Origin: Eledone cirrhosa
Taxonomy: Eukaryota
Direction: 5' to 3'
DNA: 64,000 bases
NCBI GenBank assembly: GCA_964016885.1
Contig: OZ024743.1
Span: forward strand, 172,112,001 to 172,176,000
A model generated the notes under the pieces. It had not been told where the DNA came from, did not search any database, and worked only from the letters and a program-made list of their open reading frames with translations. This document shows, piece after piece, positions 12,580 to 27,597 of the stretch. How positions within the stretch are numbered: position 1 is the stretch's first letter; the number at the start of each line of letters is the position of its first letter. Made by a program: the position numbers and the translations under genes.

Positions 12580-13650
12580 CTCAACTATACTTTTGTCACA
12601 CATTCTGTGACCTCTTAAGTGACTGGGGATTATTTTCTTTGTTTTGTGCCTCTCCTTTGTTCTGTCCTACGACATCTTGTTTTTGTCTGTGTTGTGTGCT
12701 TACTTTGCGCATGTGTTACATCCGGGTGTCTGTGTGTGTTTTTATTTGTTTATTTATTTGTTTATTTATTTGTTTATTTACATGTTACTGGTTGGTTGTT
12801 TGTTCTATGTGTTTTTGTTTTCATTTTGTCCTTAATTGTAAGTTGTGATGTTGCTATTCCATTCGTGTTTTCTATTTAATTTTGGTTGGAGATAAGAAAT
12901 ACATAATCTGTAAACTAAGCCCCCATATTAACTGTAAAATTAGAAATGTAGTATATAGCATGATGTACTGAAGAACAATGTAAAGATAAGAATATAGTGT
13001 ACGTAAGTGAGACAGCTCGTAGTATAGGAGAACGGTTAAATGAACACTGGCGAGAGCTTCAAGATAAAAAAGAATCATCAATACTCCACCAACATGCTAA
13101 AATAGAACATAAGGGCAAATTAGAGAACATAGAAATAAAAATAAAATCTACACACAGAAAAGACGCAATGTTTAGACAAATCACCGAGGCAGTAAACATA
13201 AATGAACTCAAACCCAAATTAAATATAAAACATGAATGGAATAGCAACATCACAACTTACAATTAAGGACAAAATGAAACCACACACACACATAGAACAA
13301 ACGACCAACCAGTAACATGGAAATAAAAAAATAAATAAACAAATAAAAACACACAAAGACACCCGGATGTAACACATGCGCAAACTAAGCACACAACACA
13401 CAAAAACAAGATGGTGTAGGACAGAACAAAGGAGAGGCACAAAACAAAGAAAAGAATAACCAGTCACTGAAGAGGTCACAGAATGTGTGACGAAAGAAGT
13501 TTGACAATATATGAACAACCATCCGGTTGTGGAACTAACCAACCAACCGGAAATTCATAAATTTATAAATTTAATTTATAATAAATTGGACTGAAAGTAA
13601 CTGGTGCGTGTGTTTCATGACTGGCAACATGACCCTCCCAAAGTATAACT
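12580..13650 (+). mobile_element. 5'-truncated PLE (GIY-YIG C-terminus plus terminal repeat with HHR) preceded by an inverted terminal repeat
   Basis: ORF 12997-13266 reads YVSETARSIGERLNEH...ITEAVNINELKPKLN. 12590-12865 is inverted at about 13230-13495. HHR CTGAAGA-gtcaca/tgtgac-GAAA at 13467-13495. Confidence 0.85.
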
Positions 13651-13770
13651 ATATATATATTTATATATATACGTAGGTCCCGGGTTGAGTCGGGGATAAC
13701 CACAGTAAGTAAGGTACTCATCTGAATGAAACAGTACTAGTCCTGTAGAAGCTCCTTCTATAAAATAAAA

Positions 13771-13802
<32 letters not shown>

Positions 13803-13846
13803 CGCATATAGAGATACATAAACACACGCACTCACACGCATATATA

Positions 13847-14400
13847 TCTATATACATAAATGGCAATTTCTGTCAGTTTGTGTGTGTGCGTGTTTGTTTG
13901 TGGATTTGTTTGTGAACCTAAAACTCAAAAACTAACATACCGATGTTGATGAAACTTGACACGTATGTGGGGCTCATGCCCATTTGATTTTCTACGTACT
14001 TTAAAGTTTTAAAAAATCGATAATTTCCAGTCTGCATCTATTTTGTTTGAAATAAATAGGAAATTTGTATGCAAATGCTAATATCAATGTTATTTTCTGC
14101 CATAACTTTTAAAGCTCTCAACGATTTCCTTCAAAGTTGAAACACAGATAGATAATGTATTAAGGATGGCTTTTAGCTAAGGAAAGTTATCCAGACCACT
14201 CGAGCAAAGCATAAGCTGATATTTTATTAACTGATGCGCGAAATTTGGCTTCAGCTGTTGTGGGCTTAAAATGTTCTCTATAAATCAACTTAATATTCTC
14301 TTCTTGCTGTAACATTTATTTTTAGTCTGAGAGGCATTGGGCATTTTAATGGGAACTGTGAATATCCCCACTCCCAGATATTACCGGGTACCTCAGCCAT
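13847..14400 (+). mobile_element. Degenerate non-autonomous Helitron-like element
   Basis: 5' end TCTATATACATAAA. 3' region cccagatattaccgggtacctcagc resembles the intact Helitron end at 44100-44127, but the CTAG is lost. Confidence 0.5.
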
Positions 14401-14402
14401 CC

Positions 14403-14441
<39 letters not shown>

Positions 14442-14871
14442 GTGAACTTGCCCCATTGCTCTCTCGCTCCTCTATTCTAGCGTTTGAACAGAGATACTTC
14501 CAGACATAGTCCTTCCCTACTATATTTACAGTATTGTGAGATCCTTTTTTCTTGTTAGTTTATTCTCCCTATCTTTCTATCGATCTCTGCGATTTTCTTC
14601 ATATGTCCTGGTCCATTATTTTTATCCCCATTTTCTCCTCTCCTCCTCTTTCCTTCTATCTCTCTGTAACCCTCTCATTTCTCATCTCATACTCTAGACT
14701 CTATCTTCTTATTTCTCACACTCTCCGTTCGATTTGAGATTATATCTTAACACCCCACCACCACAACAACAAATACTATGCATATGATATCCACCTGTTT
14801 ACGGCTACCCCTCGTACTGAGAATACTCAACATTCATCGCTTGAAACCTTTTCAACACCACACACATACAC

Positions 14872-14965
<94 letters not shown>

Positions 14966-15000
14966 TATATATTATATATATATATATTATATATATATAG

Positions 15001-15738
15001 TTATGTAATAAACAACATAAGATAATTATTTCATTTACTAGTGGTTTCTTGAAAGCAGATGTTAGATATGTTTTCAGTCGTCAGATTGAATAAAAATCTT
15101 GGTGTTTTTATTAAATTTGGATTTGAAAACAAAATTTAAGAAATATGAAAGTGAGGCTGAGAAAAAAACGTGCGAAGAAGAGGGGAAAAGAAAAAAAATA
15201 TATATATATATATAAACAATACATACACACACTCAACCACGCGCATATACTTAAAAAGTATGTAGACGTATACTTTTTCACATAAGCATATATGCGTCTA
15301 CAGACAGGGACATAGATACATACACATACATATACATGAAGTAATAAGAATAAATAAATAAATGAATAAGAACAAAAAATACAAAGTCAAAAACGAAATA
15401 AAGACAAAAGGATACGTGTTGACAACGATAAGTAAGAGGGGAGGAATAAAAACAACTTAAAAATAAACAAAAACACGATATGTACATATACATAAATATA
15501 TATATATATATATATATAAATATATACATATATATACACATACATACACAGGCACACATTCTTCGCCCGTTTTTTTCTCAGCCTCACTTTCATATTTCTT
15601 AAATTTTATTTTCAAATCCATATTTAATAAAACATCATGATTTTTATTCATTCTGACGACTGAAAACAGATCTAACATCTGCTTTCAAGAAACCACGGGT
15701 AAATGAAATAAATATCTTATGTTGTTTATTACATAACT
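15001..15738. mobile_element. ORF-less ~740-bp fold-back element with canonical HHRs in both ~180-bp arms
   Basis: 15001-15179 is inverted at 15559-15738. HHR cores at 15653-15693 (+) and 15044-15084 (-). Confidence 0.8.
15647..15707 (+). ncRNA. Type I hammerhead ribozyme
   Basis: ttcatt-CTGACGA-c tgaaaacagat ctaac atctgctttca a-GAAAC-cacgg-GTA-aatgaa. Stem I is ttcatt/aatgaa. Confidence 0.8.
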
Positions 15739-15909
15739 AATAAGTTCTGTAGCCTACATAGAGCACTCTTTTTTCCTGTACCTTTCCGACGGAATTACTT
15801 CATCTATTATATATATATATATGTACATACATATATATGTATATATATGTATATATATATATGTTTGTGTGTGTGTCTGTGTATGTGTGTACATATATAT
15901 ATGTATGTC

Positions 15910-16105
15910 GCGGTGGATTGGTAGTATCAGTAGAGGGTCAGAAGACACCATGCCTTGCAGCATAGAGTTACGGCCCTTTATGCTCTGAGTTCAAATCCCG
16001 CCGAGGTTAACTTTGTCTTTCATCCTTACGGGGTCGATAAAATAAAGCACCAGTAATGCAATGGGATAATTGCTGGCCTTGTGCCAAAAGTAGAAACAAT
16101 TATTA
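15910..16105 (+). mobile_element. tRNA-derived SINE
   Basis: Same head, B-box and core as 7865-8047. Its tail abuts the RTE tail in tail-to-tail orientation. Confidence 0.9.
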
Positions 16106-16109
16106 TTAT

Positions 16110-19100
16110 TGGCATCAGTCGGTCTAGAAAGATCATGGATCTGCGCCTGGAAAATGTTGATGCTGATGGCGGTACAATGTTTGCTGTGGCTGTACAGGCC
16201 CACATGAGAGTAGTAGTCCTGTATACAGCGACTACATTTGTAGATGCTTTTGAGGCTAGTTTAAGTTTCTCCTCCCCTTGCTCCATTCCCTTGCGCAGTA
16301 CTCGTCTCCATCGTGAGCGATCATTAGCGACCTCCTCCCATCTCTGGGTATCAAGGTCTATTGATTTCATATCTCTCCTGCAGACATCTTTGAAACGAAG
16401 ATGAGGTCGTTCTCGTGCTCTTGTGTCAGTGGCTATTTCCCCATAGTGTAGGTTTATTGGCATCCTTCCTTCCAGCATGCGATGTACATGATTCAGCCAG
16501 CGCAGAAGACGCTGTTTCAGCTAGGTGTAAATGCTGGATATCTTGGTGCGGTTGAGGACTTCAGTGTTGGTAACGCGCTCTGTCCACTTGATATCCAAAA
16601 TGCGTCTCAGGTAACGAAGGTGGAAGACATTGAGACGCCGCCTCTGTCTAGAGTAGAGGCTCCATGTCTCGCTGCCGTAAAGTAGTGTGCTGTGGACACA
16701 CGCCTTGTAGACAGCAATCTTGGTGTTTGCAGTTAATCTTTTGTTCTACCAGTCTCTCTTCGTCAGCCTGGCAAATGTGGAGGTTGCTCGTCCAATTCTT
16801 TTGATCTAGCGGTTAAGGGAGAGATTGGCAGTGATTGTTGAGCCATGGTAGATGAATTGGTGGACCACCTACAGCTCATAGTTGTTGATCGTGATGGTGG
16901 AGGGTGAGGAACTTGACACTTTGGCCCAGTACACTTTTTTCTTCAGATTTATGCCAAGCCGAATTCCTTGCAGGCCCTCGAGAGTGCGCTGCCAGGGCTA
17001 CATCATCCGCAAACAGCATTTCTCTGATGAGCACCTGGCGAAACTTGAATTTCGCTTTCAGCCTTGACAGAGTAAACAGTCTCCCGTCAGATCTGGTGTG
17101 GTGGTAGACACCTTCAGTTGACTCTCCGAATGCATGTTTAGCATGACTGCGAAAACGATGCCAAACAATGGGGGCTAGTATACAGCGCTGCTTCACACCG
17201 TTGCATTTGTTAAATGCCCCCGAAGAAGAGCCATCGAATTAAACAACACCTTTCATATCTGTATCAAATGACTGGATTATCCTTAGAAATCTTGGAGGAC
17301 AACCAATCCTGGCAAGAATTTTTGAACAGGCCATTTCCACTAACTAGATCGAATGCCTTCGTGAGGTCGATGAAGGTGATGCAGAGTGGTTGCATTTGCT
17401 CTCAGCACTTCTGTAGCTGTCGAAGGGAAAAGATCTTGTCGATGGTGGGGCGTTCTGACCTGAACCCACACTGAGACGGGGTATACTCTCTTAGCGATTT
17501 TCCATAGTCTGCCAAACCCACGTGGGCAAAGGCCTTCCCAACAATGCTTAGGAAGGAGAGGACTCGGTAGCTATTGCAATCGCTTCTATCCCTTTTCTTC
17601 TTATTGAGGGTGACAATTTTGCAGTCTCTCATGTCTAGTGGGACTGCTCCCTCGTCCCAGCACTGATACATTACTTTCAACAAGTAGCTAAGTAACCTTC
17701 CCTCTGCATACATGATGACCTCTGGGAAGATGCCGTCAGGTCCTGGTGCCTTCCGAGCAGGTAAGACATCAATGGCCCTACACAATTATTCAACAGTTGG
17801 TAATGCATCTAGCTCCTCCATGATGGGTAGGTGTTCCACGGTTTCTAGTGCGTTGTCCGAGATACTGTTTTCCTTGCCGTAGAGTTCGGAGTAATGTTCA
17901 ACCCATCTCTCCAACTGATCTCTTTTGCATTTGTTCTGGATTTGAGTGGAGCTGTCTTGCTTTTGGTTGGGCCAATGGCTTTCTTGATGCCATCATACAT
18001 GTTACCTGTGTCAAATGACAGCTGGATGCCTTCGTATAGCTGTAACCAGTAGTCATTTGCACAGCACCTCGCAATATTTTGTGTCTTGTTCCTAGCTAAT
18101 CTCAACGCACGTAGCGTTGCCTTGGGGGTTGGTGCCCATGCTTCAACAGGGAAGCGCGCTTCTCTTCCATGGCCGCGTTGAGCTCATCCGATCTCGCCTC
18201 AAAACAGTTATTCTTCGCTTCTTCCCGAAAGTCTTCAATGCAGTGTCATGGATGTTGTGCAAGGAGGGCGTTTTCCAGTGACTTGAGGAATGCAGCTACT
18301 CTGGCTGACTGCTGAGTCACAGTAGCGTTGATACGCTGCCTGTCCGGAGGTTTGGCGTAGTGCATAATTTTAGTTGGAGTTTGAGATTGCAGCAAACCAG
18401 GGACACAAAGGACCGAGTCAGGAGTACGTTTCTCAGGTGGTTGCGTCTTAAAAGGATCCGATCTAGCTGCTGCCACTGCCCTGGGCGAGGATGACGCCAG
18501 GACTTTTTGTGCTGAGCTTTGGCCTAGAAGTAGGTGTTGGTAACACATAGTCTATAGAGCATACAGAGCTCAAGCAGTGGCTGCTCGTTGTCATTTATGT
18601 TACAAACCCCCTGTCGTTCTTGAAACTCTGTCCAGTAGTCGTGGTCGGCTCCCACGCTGGCATTGAAGTCGCCAAGTAGCACCAGCTGTTCACCATTGGG
18701 GATCGCCTTTATTTTTCTGGAGAGCTGATCGTAAAACTTATCCTTGTCGTCTTCGGGCATAAGCACTGACAAGGTTGACAGGCCCATCCGAAGTGTGTAA
18801 TCGGAGTGAGAGATCGGCTTCGAGTCGTCGCTGCCGAGTTCCACCATATTCAACAATGAGATCCTCATGGCCAAACCGACACCATGCTCTCTGTCTTTCT
18901 CCTGCCAGAAAAAGGTATGTTCTCTATCACGAACGGTCCCAAGATCTGAGAGCCGCGTCTTCTGAAGCGCTGCAATGTCCACTCGATGACGTAGCTGTTT
19001 GTGGTTGATAACTGGTTTTGCGGGCGTCGCTGATCTTTTGAAGATCATCTGACAGACCAGTAGTCCGTATCCAAGTCTGAATGCCGGTTTCTCACATTGT

Positions 19101-19886
19101 TTGTTTGTTTGCTTGGTCATTGAATTTCTTTGTTCAGTGTTTACAGCCCACGTTTCTGTATTTTATCATCCCTAAGCCCCCACTAACTGGCTCGGCGCTG
19201 CCCAGCTTGAGGCGAGTGGTAGCTGCCCAATGAGGTACAATGACCTCTCCCTCAGTCGAAAGCAGCCCCTGGCACCTTGCTCATACGCAAATCATGTGCC
19301 GACTTATAATCGGTAGACTGCTGTTTTCCGTGTTTTGCCGCCGCTCTGAGGCGACGCTGGAATGACCTCTCCAGAGCGCAGGCCTGGGCAGGGTTTTATG
19401 GGAGATCCGCAGTTGCCTATGCAGCACGTCTCCCCTCTCTGCACCACCGGTGTTGTCCAAGGGAAGGGCAGAGTGCAGTACAACTTGGCACTGGTGAGGT
19501 CACATGGGTTGCCAGAACGAGGTTGGATATAACATTGAACTGCCTTAGGGTCTTGGCTACGGATTTATCCTCGGGGTTTACTCCCGAAGCCTTTCCCATA
19601 AGTGGGTATGGCCACTAGGCAGCGGAAGTTTAAGTTCAGAGTTTGCCTTCTCTTAGATGTACTGCACTCCTAGGCTGACGAGAACCATTTACCCGGAGCA
19701 CTGGTTTGAAGGCGATTGAAACCGCTTAGCCCCTTCTCTTGTCAGTGGGGACAGTCCTGCCGTGCATACACGTTAAGACAGATTAAACCACACGAGAAGG
19801 CCAGTAGTTGGACTTGATTGTCAGAGGCTATTTGAACCGCTAGCCATGGGGAGCATTTTTAAGCAGTGCCAGCTCATCCCCACTGC
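16110..19886 (-). mobile_element. Near full-length, frameshifted RTE-clade (BovB-like) LINE
   Basis: APE motifs VDIAALQKTRL, LVLLGDFNASVG, LCVTNTYF (18524-19120). RT motifs KAPGPDGI, SQCGFRSERPTID, LFADDVALAAHS. C-terminal RPHLRFKDVCRRDMK. (TAA)n tail and ~750-bp 5' UTR. Confidence 0.92.
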
Positions 19887-20611
19887 AAGCTTTCGGCTTA
19901 GCAGCCTTGGAACCATATATAGTTATCTGAAAAGGCCGTTTGAGCAGCGTACTCACACATCTGAAGACAGTGTATGTTTTTGAAATTAGACCAAGTTGAG
20001 GAGTCTGGATATTAATGAGCTGATACAGAACTTTCTTCACAATTCACATTTTTAGAGGTAAACTAGACTTTGCACAGAAATATTTTAAAAGAGAAAAGTT
20101 GTAGATAAGGATTGCCGTGATGGAATCGATAACAAAATCACTATTTGAATAAAACATAAAAAAATAGATAGAAGCGTTAAGTGTAAAAAAGATAAAGAGT
20201 ATACAGGTTCGATCAATTATGGGGTAATATCTTGTGGAATCAATTTTCTATAACTATTCTGATTCTTAAACCCCTATAAATACGATTAGGAGTATAAATT
20301 TGATTCATTTAAGAGATTCGGGTTGCGTGGTACTACTGACTTACATTTCATAGATTTATGGTGGAATAAGTAAAATGGGTAATTGCTATTGATTTTGCAC
20401 TGTAAGGGCCTGTCTTTTTTTATTTTGAAAAGATATATAGTTTGTGTGTGTGTACGCGCTGCTGAATCGGGGTTTTTCAGGTAACTAAGAAAAATAGCTG
20501 ATAAATTTACCATTCTGTCAACTTGGACTATTCTTGGATCTGCCGCTGGGATCAACGCTAAATCTATAGAGCTGTTGTCTGAGGGTCGTGATAACATGCC
20601 TGAGGGAGAAT

Positions 20612-22455
<1,844 letters not shown>

Positions 22456-22464
22456 ATGGCGGTA

Positions 22465-23400
22465 AGAGTTTGAAACGACACGTGCTTCAAATGGGATTCA
22501 GTCTTGTTCCTTATTTATGTATATAACCGTTTTGGGATCTTCGTGCTTCGTCAGACTGTCGGCCTTTCTTTCCGGAGCAAACTTGGAGCATATGGTTTGT
22601 ATTTATGAATTGGTAGGCTTCTTAGATAAGGGATCTTACACATATTAGTCAGCTTTACCAGGTCTGATATTTAGTATTAACACTGGTGTGACATTTGGGG
22701 TGTCAGTGGTGGCTGTTGATATGGCATTTGCGCGGGTAATAGTGGTAGCCACCCTGGGTTATTTATTTTTGACGGACACGAATGTTGGTGTGGCTAAATT
22801 TGGCTTTGTATTTGATGAAGCCATGTCAGCTGTCTCACAACCTTTTCGCTACCTTTAAAAAGTCTGTTGTTCCGCAGCTAAAGCCTGTATTGGTTCCGCA
22901 TACTGTCTCTTCCTCATTGGGGCAGCACGTGCAACCTCAGCATGCTCCCTTGCAGTGATCCTGTGTGCTGCGTTGTTTGCCGATACTGTTTTTGGCTTAA
23001 GTATTTTGCATGATCATCCTAGGCGCAGCTTACATATTATCTGAGGTGTACAAAACTGCAGCTTGTCCCAGCTTCCCCATGCCAGCAGGTCCTTTTCCTA
23101 TAGATTTACAGAGTCCATGGGCTTTCTTTTCCCCCAGGTTCTCCGTTTTTCTCACTTTTAGTTTCATCTTCTTCACTGACGCTGTCTGCGTTGCAAGTCA
23201 TCTCACATTCAGCGGCTTTCAAATCCTTCTGGGCATCCGTGGGTCCTTTTTTGCCTTCTTCCGTCTCCATGCTTGGTCTAATAAACGTGTAGACACGAAA
23301 ACCATTTTTTTTTTCGCTGTATCAGCGCCAAAGTTACCAGAAAGCCGCGGATCTGCAGGATCTCCTTAATTAGTTTGTTTGAGTTTTAATTTCTTTAATT
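22465..23400 (-). pseudogene. Decayed ORF with a CCCH-type zinc finger, probably LINE ORF1
   Basis: Restoring one base at about 23045-23112 gives CK.YRKRTCWHGEAGTSCSFVH on the minus strand. Confidence 0.45.
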
Positions 23401-23783
23401 TCCAGTTCAGTTGAATTTTGATCTCATTATCCTGGATAGCTCAATTATAACAATCAATTAATTAAAAATATAAACAAAACAAAATAATACAATCACTATT
23501 TCAGAAAATCAAATCAATCAAAATATAATATTTTAGCGGAAGTTATCAGAAATAAGCAATACTTTTCTTCTATTTTTTTTTTGTGTGTATATCACTGTTT
23601 TTCGAGAAATGAAAATAAAGAAACAGAAAGTTGTTTTATAATCTGCTTAGAGTAAAAAAGTAAAATTCTTTACGGTGCAATTCTTTCAGACTACAAAATT
23701 TATTGAAAATAGGAAAGAAAAAAAATAAAATAGAAATAAAATACAAAATTATTTATACAGTGTTCAAAGAGAAATCATCACAT

Positions 23784-23870
<87 letters not shown>

Positions 23871-24642
23871 AATCTTCTTTTAAGAATCTAAAAAATCTTC
23901 TAAATATTTTCAAATCTTTTATGATAAAAACGGAACGCACTGCCATATATCCTTTAACAAAATTTTAACAGCCCTTGCTATAACCAGTTAACAGCTTTAA
24001 CATATTTTAACATGCTTGTGGAAAAACTCTGATAAATCTTTATTTTTTTGAATGTTTGTAAACACACCCAAGTTTATGCTTTGCACTTGTAAATTTATAA
24101 TTCCATGTTATTTTAATGCACATTCATTTGAATCCTGTATTATTCTTGACAACTTGTCTTATGATATTAATCAATTTATTGTTATTTTTTACTATATACA
24201 TTTCCTGGAGAGATACATTTTGGCTAGGGCAACCATAATGGAGTAAATAACGTACTAGTAATATTCATTTCTTTTTCTCCACAAATGGATGGGTTACTCT
24301 AGCCATATTGAAATGTCTGTAGCAATGTATAAAAAAAATACTAATCCTTGGTCTTATTGAATTTTGAATTGAAGATGCTCTGCTACCGGAACTGCCCTTT
24401 TTTCATCCAGTTTCCGTTTGTTCCTGAAAAACGAAGGGCTGAAATATTCATCGAGCTTATCTCACCTTACCAATTAAAATAGTGAATTTAAAGGTTTATT
24501 AGGAACTTTCAATGTTTATTTTAAGTTTTGCCGTCTGAAGAGCTCAGGCTTTCTAAACTGATAGTCCTCAGTGAAATATGTATAACAGAGTTTTGAATAA
24601 AACGGAAGTAACTGAATATGGCCTCCGATCTTTTATGATTTA

Positions 24643-24723
<81 letters not shown>

Positions 24724-24729
24724 GTAAAG

Positions 24730-27310
24730 GTGCTGATGAGGTGAGAGGGCTGTGGTACGGTCGGTTTCACGGGCGCGGGTGAGAGCAGCTTGGATCAGGG
24801 TGGGGGGATATCCACGCTGGATGAAGCGGAAGACATGTGAAGGGAATGGGTTTCAGAACCGACGAAGACGGAGGAATTGGGAATAAGGTATGGAGTGTTT
24901 GGTGTGGGTTGGATGGGAGGAGGTGAAGTCGAGGTAAGAGTGGGAGTCTATTTGTTTATAGAAGATGGAAGTAGAGAGGGTGTGGTGAGTGTGATTGATA
25001 GGTAGAGAGATATCTAGAAAAGGGACGGGAGCAGTGAAGGTGAGAGCAGGATGGAAAGATAGGACAAAAGATAGAAAGCAGTCGAGTTGTTCTCGTGATA
25101 GAGAGGTGGCGCCGATACAATCGTCGATATAACGACCTTATAGCTCAGGAGTAGGTCCAGCATACTGGGAGAAGATCTGGGCTTCGATGTAGCCAACAAA
25201 TAAGTTGGCATAGTTTGGTCCCGTTCTGGTTTCCATCGCTACCCCAGAGACCTGCTGATAGAATTCACCCGAAAAGGAAAAGCCATTCAGGGTCAAAACA
25301 AGCTCAGTCAGAGAAGAGTGGTAGTGCTGGGGTAAGGGGTAAGTCTAAAAAATGTTGGAGAGCGCGGAGGCCGTCATCATGAGGGATGACCGTATAGAGA
25401 GAGGTGATGTCCAGAGTAAAGAGAAAGCGACAGGGACCAGGAGGGAAGGAGAAGGAGTTAAAGAGTCTAAGGGCATGATAGGTATCGTGGATGTGGGAGG
25501 GGAGGTTGACGATTAACGGGGCGAGGGGGGTATCTAAGTATTCAGAGATGATCTTGGTGGGGCAGTTGCACGCGGAAACGATAGGACGGGCGGGATTATT
25601 TTGTTTGTGTATTTTGGGGAGTAAGTAGATGGTGGGTGTGCGAGGGGTACGTACTATAAGGTTGGTGGCTGTGGGGGTAGGAAAGAGGAGGGGATGAGCT
25701 GATGGATGGTGGTGGACACGCGTTGTTGGTAGCCAGGGTGGGGGGATATCCACGCTGGATGAAGCGGAAGCCATGTGAAGGAAATGGGTTTCAAAATCGT
25801 CGTCCTGGCTACAGAACCGACGAAGACGGAGGAACTGGGAATAAGGTATAGAGTGTTTGGTGTGGATTGGATGGGAGGAGGATAAAGGGTGGTAAAAAAG
25901 GGGTCTTGAAGCTGGCAGAAGGCATCAACCTTATAGAGGTCAACGCTCCAAACAACCACAGCGGGTTTGATGACAATGTCATCGCGACGCCGAAGGTTGC
26001 GAAGAGCGGAGAGCTCAGCCCGCATAATATTAGAGCGACAAGAATGCCGGTGGAAACAGTACCGGTTCATAGTATCGACAAAGGAGTCGAGGGTGCTGAA
26101 CTGGCCAGAGCTCGGCGTCCAATCTGATTGCCGGTGACTGAGACGAGTGAAGTCATCCGTCTGTGCCGATGATGGCGTGTCGTGAAAAAAGCTTTCAGCT
26201 TTAATCGACGGAAGAAACCTCCAATATCGGCACGTGTGCGGAACTCGTCGCATGTAAATGTGATTGGTATAAAACGTAAACAGCGGGCGAGGAGGGAGCG
26301 CTCAGATTCGGAGGGTGGTAGGTCCTGGGGTATTGTGACTACAGTACATGGACATGAGGGAGTGAAAGCGGCGGAGGGGGAGGGGTTATGGTGGTTGGGC
26401 AAAGCGTGTGCATATTTAGTGGTGGGGAGAGGAAAGAGGGTGGTAGATGACGGGATAGAGGGGTTAGAATTGGAGGTGAAATGAGTCTGGGTGGTGACGG
26501 CAAGCGGGGAGCGGAGTGAATGAAGTTTATTGTTTTTAATGCAAGTTGGGCAATTGAAGAGGAGGCGAGCGATTGAGGTAAAGGAGGAATTGGATAAGGG
26601 ATTGGGCAAGGAGGGGTGGCAAGTGGAGGAGAGATGGAGGTAGGCATTGGGGAGATCTCGGTTGAGAGAAGAGATTTGGGCGAGAGTTGATCGGATAGTC
26701 GCCCGCATGAGCGGGCGAGAGGAGCGGATAAGGATGGGCTCAGTGGTAAGAGCAGAGAAATGGGGTGGAACTTGAGGCTGAAACCTCGGGGAATGAGGTG
26801 GTGGTGGTGGTGGTGGAGACAGTGATTTAAGAAGGTAATGAGACTGTTATATTTTGTTTTGGGGTTGATGAGGTTGAAGAGGTGCACGGATGATTGGATA
26901 CATATAGGGGGGTGAAATTGGAGGAAAAGTTTGAGAGCGGAATGAAGCTGGAGGAGAAAAGATTTGAGATTGGGCATGTTGAAGCTACTAGGATAGGGGG
27001 TGAAAAATACACGGATGAGAAGAAGAAGGTGGTGTAAGAAGATTGTAGTAGAGGAAAGGTGATGAGAGAATCGTGGAATATTTAAATGCAAGAAGCAAAG
27101 AAAATGTCAGTGACACGAAAGATTTCCTGGTGGAAGTTTAGGTATACTCCGGGTTGGTATCCAATTTGAAAATCCAATGAATTTGAGAGGTCGACGTAAG
27201 CGTTGATATATATATTTATGTAAAAGGTAAACAGAAATAACAACACAATCGGTACAGTATATGGAAGGAATATATTAGGTTAACGCTTGAAATAGCAGGA
27301 AGAGGGTCTT
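24730..27310 (-). mobile_element. Neptune/Poseidon-like PLE, N-terminal region plus RT, 3'-truncated and frameshifted
   Basis: IYLLPKIHKQNNPARPIVS, LFTLDITSLYTVIPH, GPNYANLFVG, RYIDD (about 25120-25133), thumb SSHP..TKHSIPYSQFLRLRR. Confidence 0.9.
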
Positions 27311-27316
27311 ATATAA

Positions 27317-27401
<85 letters not shown>

Positions 27402-27539
27402 TTTGTTGGTTCACCACTGGATAGCCAACACTTGAGGGCGACCGACTAAAGTAGAAGATGCTAGATGGTCGGTCGTCCTCTTGTCTATGATTTTCAGCCC
27501 TATGGATTTTATCTGTTACATTCCTTTGTTATATTTCGA

Positions 27540-27597
27540 ATACCTGATGATATCACCGGATTCATACGGAGCCCGGTCATTGAAATGATCATAGTAT
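27540..27597 (+). ncRNA. Type I hammerhead-like motif in a solo PLE terminal-repeat-like segment (about 27400-27815)
   Basis: atac-CTGATGA-..accgg/ccggt..-GAAA-tgatca-TA-gtat, followed by AATAAA. Stem III loop is palindromic. Confidence 0.6.

Noticed and set aside
23010-23369. 119-aa hydrophobic plus-strand ORF
   Set aside because: Antisense shadow of an A-rich decayed minus-strand ORF.
24330-24430. Minus-strand exon candidate after cccttcgtttttcag
   Set aside because: All frames stop quickly, no clear donor, and no recognisable product.
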